From Lama glama (taxonomy: Eukaryota): 64,000 nucleotides of DNA. The stretch is from assembly GCA_028534125.1 (NCBI GenBank), contig CM052817.1, forward strand, positions 70,744,001 through 70,808,000. The letters are read 5' to 3'. Position 1 is the stretch's first letter. Each line of letters opens with the position of its first letter. The translations under genes and the position numbers were made by a program. The notes beneath the pieces are model-generated. The model had not been told where the DNA came from. It ran no database searches and saw only the letters and a program-made list of their open reading frames with translations. Positions 26,931 through 41,031 of the stretch are shown here, piece after piece.

Positions 26931-27914
26931 TCATGAATTTGATTATGAAACTTTAGAATTTTTTCTTCCCTGTTGCTTTCAAAGGTTATCTAAAGAGATG
27001 AATAAATTACAAAAGCCAACATTTCTATTTTGCTATGCTAACTATTAAAAAGTCAATTTTATTTTTATCCCTTGAGTATCTCTTCTCAGTCTATATTAAA
27101 TTTTAAATTAACACTAATACACAAATATTTCCTTATTAAAAAACTATTCTCAAAAAAAGAAAAATGAGCATAGTCCCAAAGAAAGTAAATTTTATATTTA
27201 ATATAACCTGAAAAAATCATATTACAGAGCAGAGAAAAATGAGTAAGTATATGATATACACTACTCCATCACATTTTCACATAGGTTTTTCTATTCTCTA
27301 TGTAGTGTTATTTCTGTTCTTATCCCAGATCTCTTAGAGGTGGAATCTTGCCAAGAATGCAGAAGTCTGTTGAACTCTGTAACAGTTTTACAAAATTGGC
27401 AAATGTCCACAAAAACTTGAAGAAGGACCACCAAATTCAGCTGACTTTGAACTAAAGACCCCCATATGGTCAAGTGAAAATCTAATTGTTATGGGGAAAA
27501 CCAGAGAACTGAATCAGCAGTGGTGGCATAGAAGCACTCCTTCAATTTCTTTGATAAGTGAAGGATAAGAAGGGCTTCTATACTAGAGAGAGAAAAACAA
27601 ACAACTGTTTTAGTAGCACTGGGGCAAATGTGAGTAATCTTCTCTTCTGATGTATTTCCCTGATCTTTTAGGAAAAAAAGGTCTCTCAACAGCACAGGAA
27701 GAAAACTGCTTCTTTAACCCCCTGATGACAGAAACAAATTGTTTTGCAGCTTTGGGAAGAGATTTGTCACAAATGTGCAAAGCAGATCCTGTATCCTGGA
27801 CACTGTGCAGAGATGTAATATCACATTTTTAGAGAATTCCAAAGTGATCCCCTAATAACACAAGAGATTTTTTTTAACGTAAAGCTGTGTCTTGATGGTT
27901 TAGCATGTATGGAT

Positions 27915-27915
27915 T

Positions 27916-27950
<35 letters not shown>
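27915..27950. repeat. (TG)13(AG)5 microsatellite
   Basis: Directly visible. Confidence 0.97.
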
Positions 27951-27951
<1 letters not shown>

Positions 27952-28264
27952 TTGAGTGTAACTTCTGGTTTAAGTGTTATTGTCAATTTGCTGTAATTCT
28001 CTAAGTATCCAGGAGACTTATTTTTATAGCAGTATGGTTTTTGAAAATGCTTACTCTGTTGTTGTTTAATGGACATGTTTAATGTTTAAAGCCAAGTATA
28101 CTTAAAACTAAATAGCTATTTATGGTAAATTATGCAGTACAGAAGTCTTCATGACTGAGCTAGCCATTCTATGGATCACTCCTTTAATGTTATTTCCATA
28201 CATGAAAGTGTTCTCACAGTAACCTTTCATGAGCACTTCATATGCATCTAAATAAGTACAACAT

Positions 28265-28510
28265 GTGTAGTGCAAAAAGTGGGAGCTCTAAATAACAGAA
28301 TTAGAATCCAAATTCTGGCTCTGCCATTTAGTAGAAATGAAATAGAAAAAAATTTATTCAGCATCACTTACGTCTAGGTTCTTGATTACAAAATGAAGAT
28401 GATAAAAACCAATCTTAAAGGATCATCATGAGCATAAAATAAGAAAATATATTAAGCACCTAGCAGAAGATCTAGCAAATAATAGATGACCAATAATTGC
28501 CAATGTTCAT
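28265..28510 (+). mobile_element. MIR SINE (degenerate)
   Basis: TCCAAATTCTGGCTCTGCCATTTAGTAG...AAAATGAAGATGATAA...TAAGCACCTAGCA. Confidence 0.7.
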
Positions 28511-28611
28511 TCCTCACACACACACACAAATGATAGTAGTTCAAGAATAAGATCCAAATATATTCAAAAATGAAAAGGGTCTTCCTACAGGAATTGTGAG
28601 ACACTTAGTAC

Positions 28612-28835
28612 AACAGATACTAACTAATACATGTAAAATATATAAACAATAAGTTCTGTATAGCACAGGGAACTATATTCAATATCTTGTAGTAACTTAT
28701 GGTGAAAAAGAATATGACAACAAATATATATATGTTCGTGTATGACTGAAGCATTATGCTGTACACCAGAAATTGACACCACATTGTAAAATGACTATAT
28801 TTCAATAAAATATATATATACAAAAAGAAAAAAAA
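28612..28835 (+). mobile_element. Artiodactyl/camelid-type L1 3' end
   Basis: CTGTATAGCACAGGGAACTATATTCAATATCTTGTAGTAAC...TGCTGTACACCAGAAATTGACAC...AATAAAA followed by an A-rich tail. Confidence 0.9.
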
Positions 28836-28914
28836 GTAAGCTCTGCATACATCATCCAGGTACAACAGAAAAACCCAAATGAATACTCAAATAAGTATCC
28901 AAAAGTAATATTCT

Positions 28915-29325
28915 TTGGAGTTCATTAAATATTAACTGGTCATCTACTATGTGCTGGTAACATAGACATAAATGGCATTAGTTCCTAAGATCATTGGGCT
29001 CACAAATTAGGAGAGAGATTTACAAAACTGTATATGTGCAAAGACAGATAATCATATGTAAATATGATTGCAGGACAGACATTCAATCCAGATTGAAGGA
29101 GAGGGTAGAATTGGAAAGCTTCCCAAAGGATATGACATCTGAGCTGAGTTTTGATGGATAAGGAGTTATGCAGGTGTGGAAGGTGATGGAGAGTGAGGTT
29201 GAGAGGTGGAATGTGACATCTAGGCTATGGGAGCAGTGTGTGAAAGTCAGGAAGACATGGGAAAGCAGTCTGTATCCTGGGAATTCAAAGTGCCTCAGAA
29301 AGGCTGGAACATAGGACTCAAAACA
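28915..29325 (-). mobile_element. L2 3' region
   Basis: TTCATTAAATATTAACTGGTCATCTACTATGTGCTGG...GGAAAGCTTCCCAAAGGATATGACATCTGAGCTGAGTTTTGA. Confidence 0.8.
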
Positions 29326-31307
29326 CATTTACCAATGTACTTTTTGGCAGGTACTAGAGTGTGAAGTCGCCAATGCTAGATAACAGGGTCTTTTCTTTAT
29401 GCAAGGCATGCACAGCACTGGTAGCAAATGAAGTGGCAATCCAAATGCTCTAAAATTACCCTTGAATTTAAATTGTGGTAGTACTGCATCATCAGGACCA
29501 CCCAATTTTTGATCTTCTGAAGGAAGAAGTAGCTATATATTTAAGGCATAAGAAAATTGCCATCATAGTAAAGAACAACTCCAATAAAGTATTTGTTCAG
29601 GTAAAATCAAACTGCAGTCAAATTAGACACCTAGACCACTAATTGTTAGAACAGTAAGAAGCAGGATGTTACAAAAAAATTAGGAATATAGGCATCCAAT
29701 GAAATACATGTAAAATAGAAAAAAATGCATTGAAATGGTTTTGGTCCAAAAGCAAATTCACATGTTTAAATAAGATTCAAAATAAGGTAAAACAATCCTG
29801 TAATATTTAGAATCAAAAATATACATCAAAAGTTTTCTTATAAATCATCATATCCAGTAGATTTCAAACAGCAACTCAACGAATACCTACACCCAAATTC
29901 TGTGGGATTTGCTTAAACAAAAACAGAACATTTGATCTCTATATTTTTCTCCTTTCCATTTCCAGAGATTATTGTAGATCAAAACTCAGAATTTGAGATG
30001 GCATATGTGACAGGAAAGAGTAACTTCAAGACCATGCCAAGACAGCTAGGAAGCAGCCATCAAGTGGCAGGTAATCCATAAACCTGCTACTTCAAAAAGA
30101 GCGTGGTGATGGACCCATTCCTTGTGCAATACTGACCTCTGAGAGTGAAATGGTAGTATGAGTGTGGTGGGCATGGGAATCTGTAGGTTGGGTTATATTT
30201 AGGGAAATATATTTGGTTAGTATGACTCTTTACTGCTCTTTAACAAAAATCCCTTTTATATTTGGGAAAGGTGTCCGTGTGGTGATGTGTATGGGCAAGT
30301 GAGTCTGTGTGAGCCAGTAGCTGGCCACTTGACAATCATAAAGAATGGAGAAGCAGAGCAATACTTTGTATTAGCAGGGAGACCTAAAAAGGACGCAGAA
30401 TTAAGCAGAAAAGCCCACCTAGACCCCCCTGCTGGAGCTTCACCACTTCCCATAATATTTCCTAGAGAGAGTCAAAATGTAAGTTTTTGAAGACTTTGTC
30501 AAAAGTCAGAGTAGGTTTCAAGTCACACAGCAAAACTAGAAAACAAAATGGGTAGGGCTTAACATTTTTAGCTCTTTTCATCTGAACTAAAGAGACAGTC
30601 ATAACATCAATTTTATATCTATTTTTTCTATGTTCTAACTTCCATCAGTTATTCCCATTCCTTGGGTAATGTTGATGAAAGCTGTAGAATGGTATGTGGA
30701 GACATGAGGGGGTTCCAGCAGAGAGATGGGTAAGATATTAAACAATAAAAAGAATTGTGGCTTTTCTTACAAAAAACCCTTCCTTAGGCCAAGGTAGGAT
30801 AATTGCATCAAGGAATCACTAGTTCCAGAATTCTAACTCCTAATGTGTCAATGTGAGAAGTAGCCCCAGCAGCACTTAGATCTGCAAAAAGAGCACGAGA
30901 TCTGCTGCCAAGATGATGTCTCAACAGTACACATGAAACCCCATCTGCTTAACATGTATCTTAGAGATGGTGACCTTAGGGTTACATACAAAAAGATAAG
31001 AGGTAGTTGATCTGACTGAAGTTGGGACAAATTCCACTTACATATTTCAGTTGCTGTAGATTCATTGTCGAGACTTGCAACTATGGAAATGACACACTTT
31101 AAGACAGATGAAGGGGAAAAAAAAACACAGAATTTCAACAGCAGAAAGGGATCGTAGAAAAATTAATGGAAGTATAGACACATATCTAGTCATTCATTTA
31201 AGAGCATTTATTGAGAACCAACTACAGTAGGACGCAGTGTGATAATCATGTAAGGGGATATATAAAGATGAATTAGGTATTATTTGTGCTTTCAAGAAAT
31301 ATAAGTA

Positions 31308-34187
31308 ACTTCCAGTTTCCAGTTCAGTATATAAAGAGGCTTAGCAGTTACTACCCTGTCTCAACAAGAAGTAAAAAGCTTTAAACAAATTGAAAAATCA
31401 GTAACTCTTTAAAAATCTTTCAGAGAAGTGAGGTCACAGAGAAAACTGCTACCCCCAAATTGGAGAGACAGGCAGATAATAGAGCATCACAACTTTCACA
31501 ATTTACTAGAGCAGAAACCCACAAGTGGAAACCACCACCAGAACTAGTGCCAAGGTAGGGAAATCTAAAGTATAATTGATGGATTGCTGGAGGCTTGGGG
31601 TGGACAAGTCTGAGAGTTAAAAACTCCAGGGGGACTCAGTCATATGGACACCCACTCACTTCTGTGAGTTTTATCTCTAGGAGCTCTACCAGGTCCTTAC
31701 AGTGAGTATTGGAGAAAAATCCTCTCATGCTTCTAGCAGTGGGAGAGGAAAAGGAACCATTCTGAAATATGCCAGAGCATTCTGTTCTTCTTAATAAGGT
31801 CTGTACTCAGAAGAAATAATTTTACTACAGCAAAATCTGTTGGGGCTACATCAGAGACTAACCAATGCAGAGAAAGGAAAATCCCCAATGCCAGCCCCAT
31901 CTAGCCATCCTCTCCTATCTAACAGCGGGGAAAGAAAAACAGACAATCACTGGTGAATTGACAGTTCAGGGGCAGAGGCTCTCCAGAAGACTGAGATCTA
32001 ATCATAGGACTACAGAATGCTTCCCCTCCCCCCACATCTTACTGCCATATTCCTAAAGGTCTATTTGCCACACTTCTTTTCCCCAATACATCATGTCCAC
32101 CTTCCAACAAAAAATTACAAGGCATACTAAAAGGCAAAAAATACAGCTTGAAGAGAATAAACAAGCATCAGAACCAGAATCAGATACAGCAGGGATGTTA
32201 GAATTATCAGGCCAGGAATTTTTTTTTTTTTAACTATGACTAATATGCTAAGAACTTAAATAGAAAAAGTACACAACATGCAAAAATAGACAGATAATGC
32301 AAGCAGAGAGATGGAAATTCTAAGAAAGAATCAAAAGGAAATGCTAGAGTTCAAAAACACTGTAACAGAAATGAAGAATGCCTTTGAAAGGCTCATTAGT
32401 AGACTGGACATGGCTGAGGAAAAGAATTTCCTGAGCTTGAGAATACGACAATAGAATTTCCAAAACTGAAAAGCAAAGCAAGAAAAGTTTTTTTTTTAAA
32501 CGAAAGAAACAAAATATCCAAGAACTAAGTGGTAATTACAAAAGTGTAACACATGTCTAATGGGAATATTAGAAGGAAAAGGAAAAGCAGCCATATTTAA
32601 AGTAATAACAATGGAGCATTTCCTCAAGTTAAAGTCAGACACCAAATCACAGATCCAGGAAGCTCAAAGAACATGAAAAAAATAAATCATCAAAAAATCT
32701 ACACCTAGGCATATCATTTTCAAACTTTGGAAAATCAAAGATTAAAAGAAATCTTGAAAAAGCCAAGGGTAGGGGTGAGGAAAACATCGTATCTATAGAG
32801 GATCAATGATAAAAATTATACCCAGCTTCTCCTCAGACACCATGCAAGAAAGAAGAAAGTAGAGTGAAATACTTACAGTGTGGAGAATTCTGTACCCTTT
32901 GAAATTATGCTTCAAAATTGAATTCATCCACCAACTACAATAGGATGCAGTGTGATATAGTATATAGTATATAGATGTGATATAATGATATAGTATATAG
33001 AATTCTATACTCTGTGAAATCATCCTTCAAAAGTGATAGAGAAATAAAGACTATCTCAGAAAAAAAAAAGTGAGGAAATTTGTTGCCAATAGACCTGTCT
33101 TGCAAGAAATGGTAAAATAAGTTCTACAGAGAGAAGGAAAATTAATATTTCAGAAACTCAGGTCTACAATAAAAAAGGAAGAGCATCAGAGAAGGAATAA
33201 GTGCAGGTAAAATTAAAGCTTATTTTTCTTATGCTTAATTGATCTAACAGATAATAGCTTGTTTAAAGATAATGACTACAATATGTTCAAGTATGTATGA
33301 TTATGTACATATGGACATTATATATGCTTATGTATAATTGAACTGAGTGACAACAAAGATACAAGGTATGAAAGAAAGGAATTAAGATTATTCTGTTAAT
33401 ATGAAGTATTTATACTACTCATGAAATGGTAAAGTGCTCTTTGAAGGAAGATTTGGATTAGTTATGAATGTATATTGTGAACTCTAGGGCAACTACTAAA
33501 AAAGAAGTAAAAAAAGAACTATAATTAATATGCTAAGAAAGGAGAGAAAACATAATCATACAAAAGCTCAATTGACACCTAAGAAGCAGAAAAAGCACAG
33601 ATGATAAAAATAAGAACAAAAAACAAGCACAACACATCTAAAATAGTAGCAAATATGGTAGATATGAATCCAACTATATCAATACTCACATCAAATTTCA
33701 ATTATGTAATCACACCTATAATCATAAAACAAGGCTCAACTACATGTTATCTATAACAGACCCACTTTTAATAAAAAGGTACTTAGATTAAAAAAAAGTG
33801 GATGGAGAAAGATATACCTTGCTAACACTAATCAAAAGAAAGTTGGAGTAACTGTATTAATTTCAGACAGAGCAGGCTTCAGAGCAAGGAAAGTTACCCG
33901 GGATAAGGAGGCACATTACACAATGATAAAGGGGTAAATACTCCAAGAAGATATAACAACCCTTGCACCTAACAAAAGAGTATCAAATCATGTGAGGCAA
34001 AAATTGATAGAGTTGCAAGGAGAAATAGATGAATCCACTATTATAATTGGAGACTTCAACACCCCTTCTTTTAAAATGGATAGATCCAGCAGGAAAAAAT
34101 CAGTAAGGACACAGCTGAATTTAACAGCGCCATCAATCAGTTTCATATAATTGATGTCTATGGATGTCTACTTTATCCAACAACAGT
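31308..34187 (+). mobile_element. L1MD-like LINE-1 5' portion (5'UTR, decayed ORF1, start of ORF2)
   Basis: 5' end ACTTCCAGTTTCCAG...GAGGTCACAGAGAAAACTGCTACCCCCAAATTGGAGAGACAG; ORF1 AGAAATGAAGAATGCCTTTGAAAGGCTCATTAGTAGACTGGAC; ORF2 endonuclease ATTGGAGACTTCAACACCCC (GDFNTP). Frames are broken. Confidence 0.9.
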
Positions 34188-37158
34188 ATGTTGAGCGGTC
34201 CATCACTACGAACGTTCATCATCCTCAAGTGACGAAGTTAGTTATCTGCAATTAGCATTGCAGACTCTCTAAGTCAATGAAAGAGAAAGCAAATATTCTT
34301 ATAATTAAGCCCACTATTTAGAGGCCATAAAACTTCTCAGAGATTCCAATGATATTTATTGGACAGCTTTCAAATGCACAGCAGAATATAACGACCGATG
34401 TGCGAGGTGTCTAACTTTGCTCTGTTAACAAGAACTTTAATAAGATGTCTTCCTTCCTCAAAAAAGGAACAGAAGCTAGAAAAATAGTGATACCAGATTT
34501 ACTACCTCAAACCATAGACATTTTCCTTTAAGTTTAAATCTAGAGATTTTTGCTTAACACAGCAAAATCATATCAGTCTATAAATTGTGTCTTTCTAAGT
34601 GAAAACTCATTTTTCATTATTTTCACAATATGATCTATATTAAGCCAACAAATAAGTTCCTAGTCCATATTAATAAAGTTTGTTGAATGGATGAATAAAT
34701 GATTAAGCTGCTATAATTAAATTACGGCAAAAACAGGGCTCATGTAAATCAATAAGTATATGGAAATACAGACAATAAAGTATATCAGACTTCTCCCTAA
34801 CAAAATATGTATATAGTAAGATGTTTACTTGGGGGCCAAAGATTAAGAAATAAAGCATTTCACAATTACAAAGAAAAAATATTCTGTTGATGACATTGAA
34901 ATTGAAAACCGAAATTATTTCCACATTTGTGTAGAGAACCATGATATATTTATAATTATTCTAAAGCATTTGATGGGGCCAGCTGTTGTTTTTGGATATG
35001 TGCCTGGGCCCTAAAGCCATCATGGATTACTTCTGTCTCCCTAGGACTTCTTCATTTTCAACCCCCTGCATCTCCTGATCCTTGCTCATGGCCTCTGACA
35101 CACAAAGGCAAACAAACAGCAAGGTAAGTTTATACAAGTTGAAGGACCAATATATAACATCTACATGCTGCTTCAACACACTCTCCCCAGTCCCAGAGTT
35201 TACACTGATGACTTTACATTAAAACTTCAGAATATGCTTGATACATGAAGAAAAAGAAATTCACAAAATGCAAAACTAGACATACAAGAGGGAAAATACG
35301 TTCTATGATCATTTTTATCATGCTGTTTCAGGCATTGACATTGACTTTAAAACTTATCAGATCAGCATTTTACTTTGGGCAAGATGGTATTTTTCTTTTT
35401 TATAGTCTCTGCTCCTGATTTAATCAGTGTTTAATTTTATGCAGCAAGATAGTTACTCAGCTTCCATTCCCACTCCCATCTCCCATATATTTCTTAACAT
35501 TTTATCCTGACTTAAATTGAAGGTTTTAATTAATGTCCTAAAATGTAATGTTAAATTACACCATGCAATTATGTGGGCAAAGTACTCAGTGGAGGCTAGA
35601 CTTTATTAGCTATAATCATTCTCTAAAATAAAAGTCTAAAATATATGATTTTGTGAAATTTTCTGTTCCAGCTACAACCTTTCCTTAATGATACATTCAT
35701 TTTATTTTTCTATTCTAAAATTTTTTAAAGAGAAAAATCACATAAACTCACAAAGAAAAACTTCAAAAAACTGAAATGTTTTCTTTATTTTCTTTCCAGA
35801 GTCTAATCTTGTATTGCTGGTAGAGAACAAATAGTTACCATACCTTTAAAAAAAAAAAGTGTGTTAACAGTTGAAAAGTAATCAGGTTTCCCTTCTACAG
35901 CAGATACTCAACAATAATTGCAAAATGGCCTTTCTCAACTTGAATTGTTCTAATTTCTGAAGAGGAAGAATCATGCTCAAAATCAAACAAGCAAAACACA
36001 GATTTTTATAGCCAAATATTTCAGTTCTATTAATTCATTCTCTTCTTTGGACAGAAAAACATAGCAAAAGATTAAAAACATTATTTTTATTCTCGCTTTT
36101 ATTATAATTGGAAATTTCCTGATAAATACATTTAACTGTGTTTGATACTTGGCTGAGTGTCCTGAAAGCTTGAAGTAGCTTATTTGTTTATCATGTTTGC
36201 TTAATATTTACAGAATTTTTAAAAACAAAGAAAATTCTTTTTTTTCCCCCTAGAATAACAAGAAGAAGGAATCAAACAGAAGTATTCTGACATGTAATTC
36301 CACCTAACAGGACTCTACTTTTCCAACAGAACCTATGTCTGCAGATGGGAAACTGTTTCCTAACAGCTTTCAAAGAGATGTTTAAACTTAAATTTTATTC
36401 CTACAAAGCATATGTGGAAGGAAAGCAGGTAGCAAATTGCTATCCCTTAGGGGGAAAAATCATGATATGACATCACTGATGATTACAAAGATTTTTTTTC
36501 AAGTCAGTTGCTGTAATCTAGGTAGGCCATTCAATACACAGATTTATCCCCAGTAAAAGGAAAAATAGCTTTCTCAGGAAGTAACACTTCTAAATTAGAG
36601 GAACTTTGTGCTAAGTACAGCTGGCAGTGTGCTGAACATCCAATTTCTTTCAATGGGTATATTTTCATGCTCAGTCTGAAGCTGCCCTGAATGAATCCTC
36701 AAAAAAATTGAGACTAAAATAGGCAATTTCAATACATCTTCTTAAACAAAGTGTTTCTGGAGTATAAAACTCAATATTTCATTTCATTTCACTATGAAAT
36801 TATTAATCCTATGGTTTTTGTGCCCATGACTGGCTGAGAACGTTAGTAGTTGTTAGAAAAGGTACTTCAACATCATTGTTATTGTTGTCATCATTATCAA
36901 TTTTCAGCACTTGGAACCTGTAATCCATGTCCATTAAAGAGTTAACTGGAGATGGAACAGCTCTGGTAGGAAACAGGTGACAGTTGTCCCACTTTTGAAG
37001 CCCCAGAGGGCTGATAAGATGAAAATTGCAATTGATAGTAGATCTAAACATAGAAAGAATGAGTAACTGAACATAACCTTTGTTCAAAAAAACTACTTGT
37101 GCCATTTCTTTGGTAAGATAATAAAGTAAGCAATATTTGTGACTTAAAAAAATACTAC

Positions 37159-37561
37159 TGTGGACAAAAAAATGTTGCCCACTATCAAGCCATCAGCCAC
37201 TGCAGCCGCCCTTGGACAGTCTGCCCTGAGAGGAATTCAGGATGGATAAAAACAGGACTCTGGACCTAGATAGTTAAGATGCATATCAAAGGAATAATTT
37301 CAATGAGTCCAGACTTTTGCATTTTCCCATACATAGAAAAGCACTAAAATCATTAACTTGTGATTAGCAGTAATCTTTTGATGTTTGACTACATGTTTTT
37401 TTCAGCAAAAATTCCTGTATATCCTGGCTCCTCCCTTACCTCTTTAGAACAGTCCCTCAGTGCTAACTGAGAGGCTGTATTTCAGGCTATAGTCTCAGTA
37501 AGGTCTCCAAATAAAACTTAACTCTCAATTGTTAGGTTATGCATTTTTCCCCCAGTGGATA
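37159..37561 (+). mobile_element. ERV1-class solo LTR (cetartiodactyl-type)
   Basis: TG start, degenerate CA end, 4-bp TSD CTAC (37155-37158, 37562-37565), AATAAA near 37510. Confidence 0.85.
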
Positions 37562-38714
37562 CTACCTATTAATGGTTCTTCTTTTGAAGGAAACAAAATG
37601 GTGGGAAGAAATTCACATAATAACTCCAATTAATTTTCCAACACAAAGTCTTCTTCTCATTCACCAAGCTCTGTAATGAGGTCATTTATGTTTTGTCATG
37701 CTATAGTATTCTTTTTTAGAAAGAAAATGTGTATGCAGAAAAGTTTCATTATTTTGCTAATTGAAATGAAGAGGTCAAAAAGTCTAGAATTTTTTCATAA
37801 GTCTTGTGGTAAACAAGAAAAGTAAAGCACACAAATGAAAAACATAATTTCTTGATAAATTCTAACATCCTTTCTAAAACAAGACACATTGACTCATTAG
37901 AGGCCAATTTACTTCATTTTGTATACACCTTCTTTTATATCGATTCTTTCAAGGAATCAGAACATATTTGCGAACAGTAAGATTCGTATCTTAAATTTAT
38001 CTCTGGAAACAAGAAGGTAGAACAAAACTCCCTAGCTTGATCTGCTCTGATTTGCGACAAGAATTCAAGAATATTTCATCGCCATATCACCATGTCCTGT
38101 ACTGACACTAAAAACAAACACAATAATGACATTAGAATGTAATATAAACTCAAATCAGTGCACAGTTTAATAATGCTTATTTTAAGGGCAGCTCTCCTTG
38201 TTTTAAGGGCAAAAGAAACTAAACTGTACCAGATATCTGCTACAGTCTAAAAGTCTACTGCATTTATTTCAAATATTAAATGACTTGATAACTTTCATTT
38301 TATAAGCTATGGGATTCTACCTCACAGGATACTTCTCTCTTCCTTTCTCTTTTACATTCTCACTTTCCCAGCTCATTTTTTCATCCATTAAAGAATTAGA
38401 TGAGAGTGATAAGAGAAATGGAGAAAGAGAGAAAAGCTTCAAAGTACAGAATAAGAATCACTCATGATCAGGCAGAACATTTCATTGGTGCATCATATTA
38501 TTTCCTAGCCATAAAACATTCTAAAGTTCTTTGATACATTTGCACATTAGGACCATGCTTTCATTCCTGAGTATGTGCTGCTTAAATTAAACATTTATGA
38601 GGCATAATGAAACCTCAAGATTGCTTAATCATATTTGGTCCATTATTCTTTCCAGTTCTCAAAGAGAGGATTAGTTACTGATGCGTAAGTAAGTTCTAGT
38701 TGAAGCAATATGCT

Positions 38715-38940
38715 AAAGTAGGAAAATCATTGATTTTGGATCCAGACATATGTGGCACAGAAACATAGCTCCATCATTTATTATTTGGGTGACCTCAAGT
38801 AAGTTACTCTCTAAGCTTTAGATTCCTCACTGTTAAAAGAAAAAAAAAAAAGGACAGCAAAACCAACCTCCAAGGGCTGGTATGAGGACTAAGTGAACTA
38901 AAAATCACTTGGTACTTAGTAATCAGTAAATGTTAGTTCC
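38715..38940 (+). mobile_element. MIR SINE
   Basis: GGGTGACCTCAAGTAAGTTACTCTCTAAGCTTTAGATTCCTCACTGTTAAA...TGAGGACTAAGTGA. Confidence 0.75.
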
Positions 38941-39974
38941 TTTTATGTGAGACATTATGTATTTATATTATGTACTTATATGCAAGATGGATCTAGTTAG
39001 TAAAGAAATATTATTAAACGTGATGGTGTTGTGGTGAGCATGATCAGCTTTTGAGTGGGGAACAGTGTAGATTGATCCTTTCCACACCACAGACTTAAAC
39101 ACAACTCCCAGACAACTGTGTAAACAAAAGGTAGGTATGGTAACACACATAGTCTACGTTATTCAGGTTAAGTGATTTTAAACCTTGTGTAAAATAAACT
39201 TAAATAGTATTGAAATTGTCAAAAATAATAAGAAATGACAAAATTATTCCCTGATATGCCTCCTCCAGTATCTAAAGATATGTTGTATTCTATTCTAACA
39301 ACTGAGTCCCCACCTCTCCAATCTATCTCTGCCAATAAATCATGGTAGGGACTTAGCTTTGCAGTTGGCTCTATACCAAATGGTATTTGGCTTCTCTGTG
39401 CCCGAAACATACTGAATATCTGTGGTTAAGAGCTTAGCCTTGGCCAGGGAACATCCAGCCTAGCCTGACAGTGAAGCTAGTTCTGGGAACTGGGCATGAT
39501 GAAGCTGCTACTAGCTTGCTGTGCATCCCTGAGCAGATCAGTGACTTTACATTAGTGTAGGACTAAAACAAGGGCCCATGGTACATACACTGTAGGAAAC
39601 CTCAAAACGGTGATTTCAGGGGACTGTCTGCTTTCTAATCACCAAAGCCTCTTTTGGAGAAGAGAGGATTAGAGAAGCTGTAACCAAGTTCCCTTCTGGC
39701 TTGTCTGCCCCAGACCAGTATTACTTTTAGAACTTTAAAATCATTGTAAGAAGCACACTGTGCTATAACTACATGTGAAACTGGGAACAGGGAGAGCAGA
39801 GGATTTCCAAATTGGAGAGAGTATAAAATACAGATTCCAAGGCTAAGGGAGCTTGGAGGTACACATTTTATGAAAACTCTTCAGATGATTTTTGATGTAC
39901 AACCAAGTTTGGGAATAAATGAAATAAAGCATGTTTTTATTTAGTTGTATCTTTCCTCCTTTCTTTTTTTTTTT

Positions 39975-40155
39975 CCTTTGTTTGGAATTGTGATGAAATA
40001 CACATAATATCTTAATCATTTTTAAGTATATAGCTCAGTGGCGTTAAGTCCATTCACATTTTTGTGCTATCATTACCACTATCCATCTCCAGAACTCTTT
40101 TCATCTAGCAAAACTGAAACTCTACACGCATTAAACAGTAACTCCCTTTTCCCCC
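39975..40155 (-). mobile_element. L1MA/MB 3' end
   Basis: TTAAGTATATAGCTCAGTGGCGTTAAGTCCATTCACATT...CCATCTCCAGAACTCTTTTCATC...AAACTGAAACTCTA. Confidence 0.85.
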
Positions 40156-40986
40156 TATTTAGTTGTACTATTTTATTTTGTCAAATATTTTATATAATTT
40201 TTGTGTAATTTTTCACTCAAATCCCAATTGCTGTGCTCAAATCTAACATATATTATAAAATAACTTATTTTCTTCAAAACTAAAAAATAACATGTTCTAG
40301 AGAGATGACACAAAAATGTTTCAGAGAGGATAATTTATGATTAACATAGGTGAAATCTGAGTTAAATGGTGATTGTATGATGTGATGACGCTGACACCTG
40401 GGCTAAGCTGGGTTTTGATTTGTGAAATTTGTCCCATTCCCTTGACAGATGTCAAATGTTATCTTTTCACCTGTACCATGTGACAACATTTCTGCTAATA
40501 AACCACACCATATTTTTCCAATCCTGCTGGACTATCATACTAAAATGACAAGTTATGGGAGATTGTACAGAGTTGGACAAGTTTATTAAGCCCTTCAGGT
40601 AAAGTCTCTAAATTGTCCCTATCTCTTACAAACATAACGTTATTTAAGGATTAAAAACAAACAAACATGGATGAGATGAGAGAACAGAAAATTCCTTGGC
40701 TTCACAAAGCAATTAATTTTTTATTAAAGCCATCTTTCCACAGACATACACAATAATCAGTAAAATCTCTCTAGACCACAGAGACTAAGATAGGCCATAA
40801 TGATGAAGAAAATTAAAGTTAAGAACAGAAGTATCTAAATCTTAATTTTATTTCCACCTAGTATTTAGTTATATAATATTATGTAGCTCTGTACACTATA
40901 ATAGGCACTAAAATTTCACATAAAAGACATATAACGTTCCTGCTTTCAAAATACTTAAAATTTAGTTGAGAAAACAGAGCATACAC

Positions 40987-41028
<42 letters not shown>
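40987..41028. repeat. (TAA)14 microsatellite within a degenerate minus-strand L2
   Basis: Repeat directly visible; flanks about 40860-41420 are L2-like. Confidence 0.95.

Positions 41029-41031
<3 letters not shown>

Noticed and set aside
27329..27468. Plus-strand coding exon after TTCTGTTCTTATCCCAG
   Set aside because: Stops in all frames, poor donor, opposite to the inferred host strand
31865..34187. Functional L1 ORF1/ORF2
   Set aside because: Multiple stops and frameshifts, and 3' truncated
39302..39356. 13-bp imperfect stem-loop
   Set aside because: Short stem with a large loop; compatible with chance
40382..40470. C/D box snoRNA (GTGATGA box C)
   Set aside because: No suitably spaced CTGA box D or terminal stem
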